Positions 17,625-29,204 are shown, numbered from the stretch's first letter. The stretch is 64,000 nt of DNA from Acidimicrobiia bacterium (GCA_022822905.1 JAJDYE010000040.1:262-64261); one strand, 5' to 3'. Notes: a model not told the origin generated them from the sequence alone. A program made the numbers and translations.

Positions 17625-19358
17625 ATGCACGATCTGGTGATCAAGGGCGGTTTGATTGTGGACGGCACCGGTGGTGAGCCATTCACGGGGGATGTGGCCG
17701 TTGACGGGGATCGAATCACAGGGGTGTACCCGGGCGGCAACCCTGATCTGGAGGGCGAAGAGGTTATTGACGCCACTGGGCTGGTGGTGACCCCCGGCTT
17801 TGTGGACTGCCACACCCACTACGACGGCCAGGTGACCTGGGATCCGATCCTGGAGCCGTCGGCCCACCACGGGGTGACCACGGTGATGATGGGCAACTGC
17901 GGGGTGGGGTTCGCCCCGGTGCGGCCCGGCACCGAGGAATGGCTAATCCAGCTCATGGAGGGGGTGGAAGACATCCCCGGTGCCGCGCTGTCGGAGGGCA
18001 TCACCTGGGAATGGGAGACCTTCCCCGAGTATCTCGACGCCCTGGAGCGCAAGCCCCTGTCCCTGGACATCGGCTGCCAGGTGCCCCACGGAGCGGTGCG
18101 GGCCTATGTGATGGGAGAGCGGGGGGCCAAGAACGAGCCGGCCACCCCGGAAGACATCGACCAGATGCGCGAGATCGTGGCCGAGGCGTTGCGAGCGGGG
18201 GCCTTCGGGTTCTCCACGTCGCGCACCATCGCCCACATGGCCATCGACGGCGAGCCGGTTCCTGGTACTTATGCCGCTGAGGACGAGCTGTTCGGCATTG
18301 GCGAGGCGCTCACCGAGGTGGGGCACGGCCTGTACGAGCTGGCCCCCGCCGGAGTGATTGGCGAGGACTTGGCCGCTCCCCACAAAGAAGTCGACTGGAT
18401 GCGCCGCCTGTCGGCCGCCACCGGCCGCCCGGTGACCTTCGCTCTGGTGCAGGTGGACGCCGCCCCCGAGCTGTGGCGGGAGATCATGGACCTGTCGGCC
18501 GATGCGGTGGCCGAGGGCGCCCAGCTCCACCCCCAGATTGCCCCTCGGTGCAACGGCATCCTGATCGGGCTTCAGACCAACCACGCCTTCAGCAGCCGGC
18601 CCAGCTTCGCCGAGATTGCCGAGCTGCCCCTCGAAGAGCTGGTAGCCGAGCTGCGCCGGCCCGAACGCAAGGTAGCCATCCTGTCGGAGGAAAGCTCGTT
18701 CACCAATCAGTTCGCCGAGTACATGGGCACCCAACTCCATCGGATCTATGTGCTGGGTGATCCTCCCGACTACGAGCCCGGCCCCGAGCGGTCGGTGGCC
18801 GCCATCGCCGAGGCTCAGGGGCGGGAGACCGAGGATCTGCTCTATGACTTGCTGTTGGAGGATGACGGTCGGGCGTTGCTGCTGTTCCCGTTCCTCAACT
18901 ACAGCCACGGCAACGCCGACGCGGTGCGGGAGATGTTCCTGCATCCGTCGGGAGTGTCGGGGCTTTCCGACGGCGGGGCCCACTGCGGGGCGATCTGCGA
19001 CGCCTCCATGCCCACCTGGCTGCTCACTTTCTGGGCTCGCGACCGCCAACGGGGCGAGAAGCTCCCCTTGGAGTATGTGGTGCGCAAGCAGTCGCATGAC
19101 ACCGCCCGCCTCTTCGGCCTCACCGACCGGGGCACGCTGGAGCCGGGCATGAAGGCCGACATCAATGTGATCGACCACGAGCACCTGACGCTGCACCCGC
19201 CCAAGCTGGTGGCCGACCTGCCCGCCGGGGGTCGCCGGTTCGATCAGAGGGCCACCGGATATGTCGCTACGCTGGTCAGCGGGGCAGTGACCCGCCGCAA
19301 TGGTGAAGACACCGGGGCCCGCCCCGGCAAGCTGCTCCGAGCCGGAGCCGCCAACTAG
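17625..19358 (+). CDS. N-acyl-D-amino-acid deacylase-like amidohydrolase
   Basis: [29 protein letters not shown]. Confidence 0.9.
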   Translation: MHDLVIKGGLIVDGTGGEPFTGDVAVDGDRITGVYPGGNPDLEGEEVIDATGLVVTPGFVDCHTHYDGQVTWDPILEPSAHHGVTTVMMGNCGVGFAPVRPGTEEWLIQLMEGVEDIPGAALSEGITWEWETFPEYLDALERKPLSLDIGCQVPHGAVRAYVMGERGAKNEPATPEDIDQMREIVAEALRAGAFGFSTSRTIAHMAIDGEPVPGTYAAEDELFGIGEALTEVGHGLYELAPAGVIGEDLAAPHKEVDWMRRLSAATGRPVTFALVQVDAAPELWREIMDLSADAVAEGAQLHPQIAPRCNGILIGLQTNHAFSSRPSFAEIAELPLEELVAELRRPERKVAILSEESSFTNQFAEYMGTQLHRIYVLGDPPDYEPGPERSVAAIAEAQGRETEDLLYDLLLEDDGRALLLFPFLNYSHGNADAVREMFLHPSGVSGLSDGGAHCGAICDASMPTWLLTFWARDRQRGEKLPLEYVVRKQSHDTARLFGLTDRGTLEPGMKADINVIDHEHLTLHPPKLVADLPAGGRRFDQRATGYVATLVSGAVTRRNGEDTGARPGKLLRAGAAN

Positions 19359-19407
19359 CGGCAGACACAACAAACATCGCCAAGTAGCAACCTGGGGAGG
19401 AAGAGCA

Positions 19408-21153
19408 GTGCTGGATCTGGTGATTGCCAACGGCACCATCGTGGACGGCACCGGTGCCGACCGCTTCACTGGCCACATCGGAGTCAAAGACGGCAAGGTG
19501 GCGGTGGTGGACCGCAGCGGCGGTCCCGCTCCCGAGGCCGATGAGACCATCGACGCCACTGGGCTGCTGGTGACCCCCGGCTTCGTGGACTGCCACACCC
19601 ACTACGACGGGCAGGTCACATGGGACGACATGCTCCAGCCGTCTTCCAACCACGGGGTGACCACCGTGGTGATGGGCAACTGCGGGGTGGGGTTCGCCCC
19701 GGTACAGCCCGGCAAAGAGGACTGGCTCATCCAACTGATGGAAGGCGTGGAGGACATTCCTGGAGCGGCCCTCTCCGAGGGCATCTCCTGGGGGTGGGAG
19801 AGCTTTCCGGAGTATCTCGATGTTGTCGAACAGCGCGACCTGGCCATCGACGTGGCCGCTCAGGTGGCCCACGGCGCGGTTCGGGGCTATGTGATGGGGG
19901 ATCGAGGGGCCAAGAACGAGCCGGCCACCCCCACCGACATCGAAGCCATGTACGCCATCGTGCGCGAGGCCATCGAGGCCGGGGCGCTGGGCGTGTCCAC
20001 CTCTCGCACGCTGGGCCACCGGGCCATCGACGGCGAGCCGGTGCCGGGCACCTTTGCTGCTGAGGACGAGCTGTTCGGTTTGGGCCAGGCGCTGGCCGAT
20101 GCCGGTTCCGGGGTGTTCGAGCTGGCCCCGGCGGGTGCGGCGGGGCTGGATCTAGTGGCCCCGCCCAAGGAGATGGACTGGATGCGCCGGCTGTCGGCCC
20201 ACTTCGACGTGCCGGTGTCGTTCGCTCTGCTGCAACTGGAGGCCGCTCCCGATTTGTGGCGAGAGATGATGGACGAGTCGCTTCGGGCGGTTGACGAGGG
20301 TGCCCGGGTGTATCCCCAAATTGCCGGTCGTCCTTTCGGGATGCTCATCGGCTTTCAAACGAACCACGCATTCGCCAAGCGGCCCACGTTTGCGTCGCTG
20401 GCTCATCTGCCCTTCGATCAGCTCGTAGCTGAGCTCAAGAAGCCGGCGATCCGGTCGGCCATCTTGGGCGAGGACGACCTGCCCCCCGACCCCAGCGTGC
20501 TGTTCGACCAGATGCCCAGCATGGTGGCTTCGATGATCCACAAGCTGTATGTGATCGGCGACCCGCCCGACTACGAGCCCACCCACGACCGCACCGTGAC
20601 CGCCATGGCCGAAGCCCGCGGGGTGGATCCGCTGGAGATGCTGTACGACCTCTCCCTGGAGGACGACGGCCGTGCCCTGATGATGCTGCCCATGTTCAAC
20701 TACGTCGAGGAGAACCACGACGTCATCCGGGAGCAGCTGCTGCACCCCGCCGGGGTGTCGGGGCTGTCCGACGGCGGGGCCCACTGCGGCATGATCTGCG
20801 ATGCCTCTATCCCCACCTTCATGCTCACCCACTGGACCAGGGACCGTACCCGGGGCGAGCAGCTCCCTCTGGAGTGGGTGGTGAAGAAGCAGACCCACGA
20901 CACCGCCTCCCTGTATGGGCTGGGCGATCGGGGAACGCTTGAAGTGGGCAAGCGGGCCGACGCCAATGTGATCGACCACCAGGCGCTGACCTTGCGCTCT
21001 CCTCGGGTGGTGTACGATTTGCCCGCCGGGGGACGCCGGCTCGACCAGCAGGCGGATGGCTATGTGGCCACCGTTGTGGCGGGCGAGGTGACCCGCAGCC
21101 AAGGCAAGGACACCGGGGCCCGGCCCGGCCGGCTGGTGCGCGGCACCCAGTAG
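19408..21153 (+). CDS. N-acyl-D-amino-acid deacylase-like amidohydrolase (tandem paralog)
   Basis: Same motifs; GTG start after GGAGG. Confidence 0.9.
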   Translation: MLDLVIANGTIVDGTGADRFTGHIGVKDGKVAVVDRSGGPAPEADETIDATGLLVTPGFVDCHTHYDGQVTWDDMLQPSSNHGVTTVVMGNCGVGFAPVQPGKEDWLIQLMEGVEDIPGAALSEGISWGWESFPEYLDVVEQRDLAIDVAAQVAHGAVRGYVMGDRGAKNEPATPTDIEAMYAIVREAIEAGALGVSTSRTLGHRAIDGEPVPGTFAAEDELFGLGQALADAGSGVFELAPAGAAGLDLVAPPKEMDWMRRLSAHFDVPVSFALLQLEAAPDLWREMMDESLRAVDEGARVYPQIAGRPFGMLIGFQTNHAFAKRPTFASLAHLPFDQLVAELKKPAIRSAILGEDDLPPDPSVLFDQMPSMVASMIHKLYVIGDPPDYEPTHDRTVTAMAEARGVDPLEMLYDLSLEDDGRALMMLPMFNYVEENHDVIREQLLHPAGVSGLSDGGAHCGMICDASIPTFMLTHWTRDRTRGEQLPLEWVVKKQTHDTASLYGLGDRGTLEVGKRADANVIDHQALTLRSPRVVYDLPAGGRRLDQQADGYVATVVAGEVTRSQGKDTGARPGRLVRGTQ

Positions 21154-21166
21154 CGCCCAACCTGCC

Positions 21167-22450
21167 ATGGGCATCGACCTGGACCGCTATCAGATTCGCC
21201 CCGGCAACGGCGACGGCGCCCCGGCCCGGCTGCCCAAGGCCCGCTACCTCGACGAGGATTACGCCGAGCTAGAACGGCAGCGACTGTGGCCGTCCACCTG
21301 GCAGCTTGCCTGCTTGACCAGCGACGTGGCCGAGCCCGGCGACTGGTTCGAGTACCGCATCGGAAACCAGAGCTATCTGGTGGTGCGGGACCACGACGGA
21401 GAGCTGCGGGCGTTCCACAACGCCTGCCGCCACCGGGGGTTCCAGCTCTGCGAGGGCAAGGGCAACGCCGACGAGCTGCGTTGCGGGTTCCACGACTGGT
21501 GCTACGGCCTCGACGGGTCGCTGAAGGAGATCGTGTACCGCAAGCACTTCGGCGTGGTGGCCAACGAGAACCTGTCTCTGGCCCCGGTTCGGCTGGGCAC
21601 TTGGCATCAGATGGTGTTCATCAACCCATCCCCCAACGGCCCCGACCTCGACGAGTTCCTCGACCCGGTACCCAACACGCTGGCCCCTTTCAACTTGGGG
21701 GAGCGGAGCTTGACGGCCTGCTGGACCATCCCGCTGGGCGGCAACTGGAAGACCACGGTGGACGCCTTCAACGAGGCCTACCACTTGGAAGGGCTGCACC
21801 CCGGCTTGCGGGGGTTCATGGATGCGCTCAACACCACCTATGAGTTGTGGGACCGGGGCCACTCCATGATGAAGATCCCCCTGGGGATCGGCTCGCCCCG
21901 ATTCCCCGATGCCGACCAAGAAGAGGTGGCCCGAGCCTTCGTGGACAACTACAGCACCATGCTGGGGCTCCAGCCCGATGACGAAGTGGACCTGGCCGGC
22001 CAAAGCGCTCGGGACTGGGCGGTGGGCTTGGTGCGGGACCGAGCGGCGGCCGAGGATGTGGACTTCAGCCACTACACCGACGAGCAGATCCTCGACGACT
22101 ACCACTATCTGGTGTTTCCCAACGTGGTGCTGAACGTACACAGCGACATGTACACCATCTTCCGGGCTCGCCCTGGCGACCACGCCGGACATTCCCACTT
22201 CGACTTCTGGCTGTTCCACCGGCTGGGAGACCGAGCAAATTCCGGCTCACCCCCCGAGATGATCCACTTCCCTGAGGGAACGGTCATCGCCGAAGTGGTG
22301 AACCAAGACCTGGACGGCATCGGGCGGGTGCAAGCCGGGATGGCCTCGAACGGCATCGACGAGCTGGTTCTGGGCGATTTCGACTGCCGCCTCGTGAACA
22401 TGCACTCGGAGCTCGACCGGGTTCTGGCTGGCAAGGGTTCCATCAAGTAG
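21167..22450 (+). CDS. Rieske ring-hydroxylating oxygenase alpha subunit
   Basis: CRHRG...CGFHDW; NWK...EAYHLEGLH. Confidence 0.9.
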   Translation: MGIDLDRYQIRPGNGDGAPARLPKARYLDEDYAELERQRLWPSTWQLACLTSDVAEPGDWFEYRIGNQSYLVVRDHDGELRAFHNACRHRGFQLCEGKGNADELRCGFHDWCYGLDGSLKEIVYRKHFGVVANENLSLAPVRLGTWHQMVFINPSPNGPDLDEFLDPVPNTLAPFNLGERSLTACWTIPLGGNWKTTVDAFNEAYHLEGLHPGLRGFMDALNTTYELWDRGHSMMKIPLGIGSPRFPDADQEEVARAFVDNYSTMLGLQPDDEVDLAGQSARDWAVGLVRDRAAAEDVDFSHYTDEQILDDYHYLVFPNVVLNVHSDMYTIFRARPGDHAGHSHFDFWLFHRLGDRANSGSPPEMIHFPEGTVIAEVVNQDLDGIGRVQAGMASNGIDELVLGDFDCRLVNMHSELDRVLAGKGSIK

Positions 22451-22576
22451 AGATTTCGCTCCCAGTTAGAGGGTGGAACTAGCGGCGGCCCTGGTGGGGT
22501 GGGTAACCGTGTCGTCGCGCCGGGTCTGCTGGGGGTGACGCTGGGGTTGGGTCGGCTGTAGATACCATTTGGGCGT

Positions 22577-25563
22577 ATGGGTAGGCGTTTGTGGGCTGTG
22601 GTGTTGGTGTGGTTGTTGGCGGCGGGCGGGTTGGGCGTGCCTGTTGGGGCTTGGAGTGCGAGGCTTCCCCCACCCAGATCAGGTTCTCCTGGGACGCGGT
22701 GGTCGGTGCGGACGGCTACTCGGCGAAGATCCAGCTGGCAGTGCCCAACAGCGCGCAGACCCAGATGCGCACTGCATCCACCACAGTGGTGTTCGGCGGT
22801 CTGGCTGCGTCCACGAGGTACTGGGTGAGCGTGCTGGCGGTCAAGGGCGGCAAGGCCCAGCACTTCGCAGGCGTGTACTGCACCACCCTGGCCGACATAG
22901 CGGCGCCGGCTCTGTTATGTACGGCGACCTCCAACAGCGTGTCGGTGACCTGGCCGAAGGTGACGGGGGCGACAAAGTATCGGGCGAGGATCGGCGGCGG
23001 GGCCTGGACCGACGACATCGAGCCCGCCCCCGATGCGGCGAGTGTGGTCCGTGTGTTCGCCGGGCTGGCGGCGGGCACGATGCACACGGTCACCGTGCAG
23101 TCGGGCGGCGAGAAGGGCTGGGGGCAGGCTGCGACGGTCCGGTGCGTGACCTCGGCGGCGGGGGTGGACTGCGACCAGACCACGTCTGACAGCGTCGTGC
23201 TCCAATGGGCGCCCATAGACGAGGCCCAATACTGGTACGCGGCCATCTGGACCGGCAGCTCTTGGGCCAACTACAGGACAGCGTACGAGGGGAACAGCAC
23301 CGAGTTCACCGGTCTGGCCAAAGGCACAGCCTATGAGATCCACCTGTGGTGGTACGGAAAAGACGAGAAATGGCACAAAGTGAACCCCGCGTCCCGTTGC
23401 TACACCAAACACCTCGACACCCCAGTGCTGACCGGGCACACCACCGGGGGTAACACCCTCACCATCCAATGGCAACCCGTCGACGGTGCAGAGATCTACC
23501 TGGCGAGAGTCAGCCCCGCGGGCTCATCGGGCGCGTCTGGGGCCTCGGGGGGCGGCGAGTGGGAGATCGTGGTGTCCACTGGCAATTCCCACACCTTCAC
23601 CGATCTCAAACCCGGCATGCAATACACCGTGCAGCTCAGGGCGGGCACTATCGCAAAGGCCAAAGAGGCATCTGACAACGGGGTGGAATACAAGCCTGAG
23701 AGCGGCGGCGCAACCGACGATCACACCACCTCCACGGTCGAATGCAAGGCCAATACCACCAGCACCATCGACATCGAATGGGACGACCCCAACGGGGACT
23801 ACCAATGGCGGATAGCCAGAACGCTCATCGACCAGAACGGCAACTTCCAATACCTGGGCACAAAGACCTTTGCCAAAGGCACCACAGGAGCGACCCTCAC
23901 GGGCCTCCAGCCGAACACCATCCACTGGATCACGGTATGGAAGAGCGCCGACAGCGGGCAGAGCTGGCAAGTCCTCGGGCACGTCCCCCACTGCCAAACC
24001 GCGCCTGCCGACCTGGAAGTCCACCAATGCCCACAAACCGCTGACACCGACGGCACCGTACGCTGGACCGACAACGGAGCCGCCTACTACCGCATAGCCC
24101 GCGACCGGAAACACACGGACCCCGAATGGATCGCCACCAACGCTACCTCCCACACCTTCACCGGGCTCGCTGAGGAGACCACCTACGAAGTAGCAGTCCA
24201 GGCCTGGACCCCCATGGGGTGGACTACAAGTGCCACTTGCGACATCAAAACACTCCCAAAGATACCCGACGGGTTTATTTCAAATGACGGAATATACTAT
24301 TTCACGGAGGGAACAATAAAAGGGGTGGCCTACGCCGCTAAGACGGCGATAGACCAATATATAAAAACACCCACCAACATGTGGAATAGCTGCCAAACAA
24401 CTATAGACGAGAAAAAACTTGCAGCAATTATGCTCATGCTGCCTTCCCATGAATTGAATGATGGACAACACCGAAGCAGGGCCCCATCACCAATGACCCT
24501 TTCGCGATGGGATAATTTGAATTGGCAAATGCAGACTCATACTTATATGGAAAATGGAGAAGTGAAGAAAAAGACTAGGAGTTTGAATGAGAGATTGTTT
24601 TCCCACATGGATACGGCAGGATATCTCCGAGCACATTGGAGTCCCGGGGTTGGGCTTTGGCAGCTGGATCCTTGGGACATTACCAAACAGTTAAATCATG
24701 CTCAAAGAGCAGATATTAGGGAAGGCGGTCTCCGTGTGGCATCCTACTTATTGGGTGAGCATTGCAAGTTGTCAGCAGATGACGCGGGAATCAAAAAGGC
24801 CATCAAAATGTGGTCTGCGTGCGATACTCCAAGCGAGAATGAAAAATGTTACAAGACATATATAGGCGACCCAGACAGCATTTATCAGTCAGTAAATTTG
24901 AACATTCGAAGTGTAGATACAGCATCTCAAGTAGAGGGCGGTATTCAACAGCGGACATGTCGATGGAAATCAAGCCAACTGACGATGCCATGCTTTCTCT
25001 ACGACTTAGAAGCTGCCGAAGGCTACCCTTCAGATTACGAATATATAATCTCTAAATCTGCCGACTCTTCAGACAGTCAACAAGTGAAAGAAGATGAGAT
25101 TGACTGGACAGCAAGTGCTACACCTGTACCTATGGCCTTCCTGTCTTTTACCGATACTCTAACGAATACAAGGTTTGCAGTCTGGCCTCGCGAATGGCCT
25201 CGTTCCAACAGCTATCAATATTGGCCTTCTGACACTGTTTCAAGCGACAAGACCATATACCGATCCGTAATCCAAAATGATGTAGTCCGATGCAGTCCCG
25301 GCCGAGATGTGTCGCCTGAGTCTAAAGACCCGAGAATAGCAGCTATGGATTGTGCAGAAGAATTATACAAGCCATTTGGAGAAAAGATTGAAAATCACAG
25401 TTTCATGAATGGGAACACAATCGTTGAAGGTTGGTACGATGACTCAGTTCCCTTCCGAGATGGTGGGACCGCGGAAGATAGACACAAATTGCAAGTTGAG
25501 CATTGCGATACGTTTCGATTCTTTGGACAATCTGTCGTCTTTTGCGATTGGGTAGGAGTATGA
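22577..25563 (+). CDS. Fibronectin type III repeat protein with AT-rich lysozyme-like C-terminal domain; signal peptide out of frame near 22645
   Basis: Repeated FN3 motifs (W..V.GA..Y, FTGL..GT.Y); signal-like ORF from ATG 22577 in a different frame from the 990-aa ORF. Confidence 0.75.
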
Positions 25564-25570
25564 AGGTGTT

Positions 25571-28186
25571 GTGAATACCAGACCTAGAGCCAATCTGGCA
25601 CAGAACGGAGGAAACTGGATCTCAAATTGGAGGACTGCGCTTGCAGCCGTAGTTTTCATGGTTGTTATGATGACCTACTGCGGTTCTAAACTGCCTGAAT
25701 CGCAGAGTGATGGGATTCCACAAAATACGATTGAAGAGTCTGCTGCCGAAGTGGTCGCACCTACAGGCTCGCCTAGTTTGCAACCAGTGGAAGAGACACC
25801 TGTTTCAATCCCGACTCCGTTGCCACCAAACGCAACATCAGAGTTCTCTAACGGTTATCTGGTAAGTGCGCAAGATGTTGAATCTGAAGAAGCAATCAGC
25901 AAAAGTTCCACATCTGAAAAAAATAGAGAACCGTATGCTCCTGAAGCTGAATTTTTTGCCTTAGATCCAGAAAGTGAGCTAGAAGAAGAGATACAAGTGG
26001 TGGAGCCATGGGAGGATGAAGAGCATTTTCATGTCGGTATTCTTACAGAGGATGGGACAATTCGTGTCGAAAGACCATTGATTGAAGATTATAACAACAT
26101 TCCTGACTCCTACTTTTATGCATTTGACATTGAGGTTCCGGCTGAACCTCGAGATGAATTGATTGTTGAGTCATTTGACATAAGGGAATGTGTGGCGCGA
26201 GGGTTCGTACGCAATCTTTCTGACAAAATGTTTGCAAGAGATGTTGTTGTCACTCTTGAATCCTTGGATGGTGCTGACAGCGCTACTTGGCAGTGGCCAC
26301 TAACAGTCATGCCCGGCGAACGTGCTCCTTTTGAGATAGCTATTGATTGGGTGCCTAGTCGACTTCCGATAGACTCGCCTCACTTTAGGACTAAGAACGA
26401 ACGTATATCTCCATGGGGATATCAAGAAGTTCGGACTCTTAGGCGTGAACCTGCAGGCAATGTTCTGGCCAATGTCACTTACAATTTTTCAACCGATGTA
26501 GATGTTAGTCGAGCCTTTGGTAATGACTTCAATAGGTCGGGGACTTTAACGGGAAACCGCCCCTTGTACTTGATGACATTTGATGAACGTCTATACGAGT
26601 TTGAGGAGTGGGAGAATTGGTCTCGAGGCCCTGAACATCATCTTATAAGTAGAGAGTCATTTGAACAGGCGTATCCAAGTGTGTTGGTGGACAGCGTGGA
26701 CTTAGATGCCATTGTATCTGAATTCTCCATGCTCCAACATTCCGATTTGTACTATATACCTGAACGTGTGTTCCCGCAGCACTACGATGAGAAACTCCAC
26801 GTTGAAGTAAATAATATTCGAGTTTTTCGGGCTATAACTGAATCAAATCGCGTATTGGATGTGATAGAATCGATTCCATTTAAAGTGGAATTTGATGAGG
26901 ATAGTGACGGAACGCGAAGGCGGATCGTTGCACCACAAACCTCGTTTATCAATTTCGACTCAGATGGAATCGACCCAACATTTGCGATAAGGACAACGCC
27001 GGAGATCTATGCGAAAATAACAGGTATGACTGAGACATCTGCTTTTTCTCGCCGCACTGGCGTCCAAACGTGGGTTGGTAAAGCAGATTCGATGGAGCCC
27101 TTATCGAACCGATTACGGGCAGTTAGCCAGAGTGATACAAATTTAGAAGAACACAGGGGTTGGTCATCGGGGTCCTGCGACCGGTCTGGTGGTTTGACGA
27201 AAGAAGACTATAAAATTATTGGGAGTGCCCGAGCTCACACATTTGATGTCCCATTGGGATATTATGGCTTGTTCAATGATTTCCGGTCATATCCAATGCT
27301 TGCAGAGTCAATTCTTATTGATCCCTTCACAGTTTCAGCAGATGATGGATTTGTGCGGGGATTGATTCACAATGTGTCAGATCGGCTGTTCGCCCGCGAT
27401 GTGGTAGTAAGGATAGTGAGAGCGAACAACGTAGATACTGAAAACTTTTGGGCGTGGCCATTGACCATCCAACCAGGAGAACGTGCTCCATTTGAAATCT
27501 ATATTGGTGGTTGGGAAGGGAGTGCTTCTAACTCAGAATTTGAATTCAACGTTTCAGCGACCTTGTCGGAGAAGGTTGATATCAGTCGATCGTTCCGCAT
27601 TGCTCATTTTGCAGTAGGCTCAGTGTATGAAAAGGAAGCAGACGCTCGCTTAGAGGAGAGTTCGTATTGGTGGGGGGACTATGAAGGATATATTACTGAT
27701 AGGTATTTCAAAATCTATCAGCATGTCAGTATCGATACCTTTGTGGCTACCTATGGTGACTTACCTTGTGGGCTACGCCTGGAAGATACCCAGGCGGACG
27801 ATGTCCATTTGCGACTGAGAACTGAAGAATATTGTTATGATTTTGAAACACCCGCTGGCTTTGTAGATCTCTACGCTTACATTGACACTCCTGATTCGCA
27901 CCCAACCTTGAGTGCTCCCATTGGCTACCAGGCCATTGATGATCTTCGAGCCTACGTTGCTATTGTTGACAGAAATGGCGTTGTAAGTGATGTAAAAAGG
28001 GCTGTTCTTTTCACAACTGGTTACTCCAGCGCCACCAGAGTACAAGAGTATGTTGCTGTGGACAGGATTCCTGTCCCCAATCTCTTGCAGCCTGGAGGTG
28101 TGCGGTTGCTGTTCACTCGTCCACATTATGAGGACTCGTGGCTTGAAGAGGGCTATTCCTTTCAGGTGTGGATAGGGGGTGCGTGA
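25571..28186 (+). CDS. AT-rich secreted/lipoprotein with two homologous FxLYD-like domains
   Basis: Hydrophobic N-terminus ending MTYC; duplicated RG..N.SD..FARDVVV...WPLT..PGERAPFEI. Confidence 0.7.
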   Translation: MNTRPRANLAQNGGNWISNWRTALAAVVFMVVMMTYCGSKLPESQSDGIPQNTIEESAAEVVAPTGSPSLQPVEETPVSIPTPLPPNATSEFSNGYLVSAQDVESEEAISKSSTSEKNREPYAPEAEFFALDPESELEEEIQVVEPWEDEEHFHVGILTEDGTIRVERPLIEDYNNIPDSYFYAFDIEVPAEPRDELIVESFDIRECVARGFVRNLSDKMFARDVVVTLESLDGADSATWQWPLTVMPGERAPFEIAIDWVPSRLPIDSPHFRTKNERISPWGYQEVRTLRREPAGNVLANVTYNFSTDVDVSRAFGNDFNRSGTLTGNRPLYLMTFDERLYEFEEWENWSRGPEHHLISRESFEQAYPSVLVDSVDLDAIVSEFSMLQHSDLYYIPERVFPQHYDEKLHVEVNNIRVFRAITESNRVLDVIESIPFKVEFDEDSDGTRRRIVAPQTSFINFDSDGIDPTFAIRTTPEIYAKITGMTETSAFSRRTGVQTWVGKADSMEPLSNRLRAVSQSDTNLEEHRGWSSGSCDRSGGLTKEDYKIIGSARAHTFDVPLGYYGLFNDFRSYPMLAESILIDPFTVSADDGFVRGLIHNVSDRLFARDVVVRIVRANNVDTENFWAWPLTIQPGERAPFEIYIGGWEGSASNSEFEFNVSATLSEKVDISRSFRIAHFAVGSVYEKEADARLEESSYWWGDYEGYITDRYFKIYQHVSIDTFVATYGDLPCGLRLEDTQADDVHLRLRTEEYCYDFETPAGFVDLYAYIDTPDSHPTLSAPIGYQAIDDLRAYVAIVDRNGVVSDVKRAVLFTTGYSSATRVQEYVAVDRIPVPNLLQPGGVRLLFTRPHYEDSWLEEGYSFQVWIGGA

Positions 28187-28351
28187 GTGGAGAGGGTGAG
28201 GGTGTGTCGTCGATACGGGTTATCATTGGGTTGAAGAGGCTCTTGCGGTGGAGTGCTGAGTTCGATAATAATCGGGGGTTTATTCCTTAAGTCAGCGCTG
28301 TCGGGCATTTAACCCCCGAAAGGGCCGCAAAGAGAGCTTGGGAGGCGCCCC

Positions 28352-29194
28352 ATGTCCGATGTCGTTAGGGCCGCAATCGTGCAGGCCGCGTGGGCTGGTG
28401 ATCAGGAGTCCATGGTCGAGTTGCACGAGAAGTATGTGACTGAGGCCGCGGCGGCGGGAGCCCGGGTGATGTGCTTCCAGGAGCTCTTCTACGGGCCCTA
28501 CTTCTGCCAGGTGCAGGAGACCGACTACTACAGCTACGCCGAGGCCATCCCCGACGGGCCCACCACCAAGCGGTTCCAGGAGATCGCCGCCAAGCACGAC
28601 ATGGTGCTGGTGCTGCCGATGTATGAGGAAGAGCAGCCGGGAATCCTCTACAACACCGCCGCGGTCATCGACGCTGACGGCACCTACCTGGGCAAGTACC
28701 GCAAAACCCACATCCCCCAGGTGAAGGGCTTCTGGGAGAAGTTCTATTTCCGCCCCGGCAACCTCGGCTATCCGGTGTTCGACACCGCAGTGGGAAGAGT
28801 CGGGGTGTACATCTGCTACGACCGCCACTTCCCCGAAGGGTGGCGGGCGCTGGGCCTCAACGGCGCCCAGGTGGTGTTCAACCCCTCGGCCACCAGCCGG
28901 GGCCTGTCGGCGTACCTGTGGAAGCTGGAGCAGACGGCTTCGGCCGCGGCCAACATGTACTTCGTAGGGGCCATCAATCGGGTGGGCATCGAGCCGCTGG
29001 GCGACAACGACTTCTACGGCACGTCGTATTTCGCCAACCCCCGCGGCCAATTCGTCGAGGATCCGGCATCTGACCAGGAGGAGGAGTTGGTGATCCGCGA
29101 CCTCGACTTCGCCATGATCGACGAGACCCGAGCGCAGTGGGCCTTCTACCGAGATCGCCGCCCCGACATGTACGGGCCACTCACCGAGGCCTGA
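28352..29194 (+). CDS. Nitrilase-family beta-ureidopropionase
   Basis: FQELF, KYRKTHIP, EKFYF, ICYDRHFPE (E-K-C triad). Confidence 0.9.
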   Translation: MSDVVRAAIVQAAWAGDQESMVELHEKYVTEAAAAGARVMCFQELFYGPYFCQVQETDYYSYAEAIPDGPTTKRFQEIAAKHDMVLVLPMYEEEQPGILYNTAAVIDADGTYLGKYRKTHIPQVKGFWEKFYFRPGNLGYPVFDTAVGRVGVYICYDRHFPEGWRALGLNGAQVVFNPSATSRGLSAYLWKLEQTASAAANMYFVGAINRVGIEPLGDNDFYGTSYFANPRGQFVEDPASDQEEELVIRDLDFAMIDETRAQWAFYRDRRPDMYGPLTEA

Positions 29195-29204
29195 GCCCAC
29201 CGCC

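Noticed and set aside
22451-28290. Shared short words (agagggtg, gtgtcgtcg) at both flanks of the FN3 cassette as att sites
   Set aside because: Too short, in G/T-biased sequence, and no recombinase nearby.
28301-28320. Minus-strand TTCGGGGGTTAAATGCCC resembling the 5' part of the CRISPR repeat
   Set aside because: Lacks the TTCATTGAAGC tail and is far from cas genes. It shows that GC hairpins can mimic the repeat by chance, which is also a caution for the 53871 hit.
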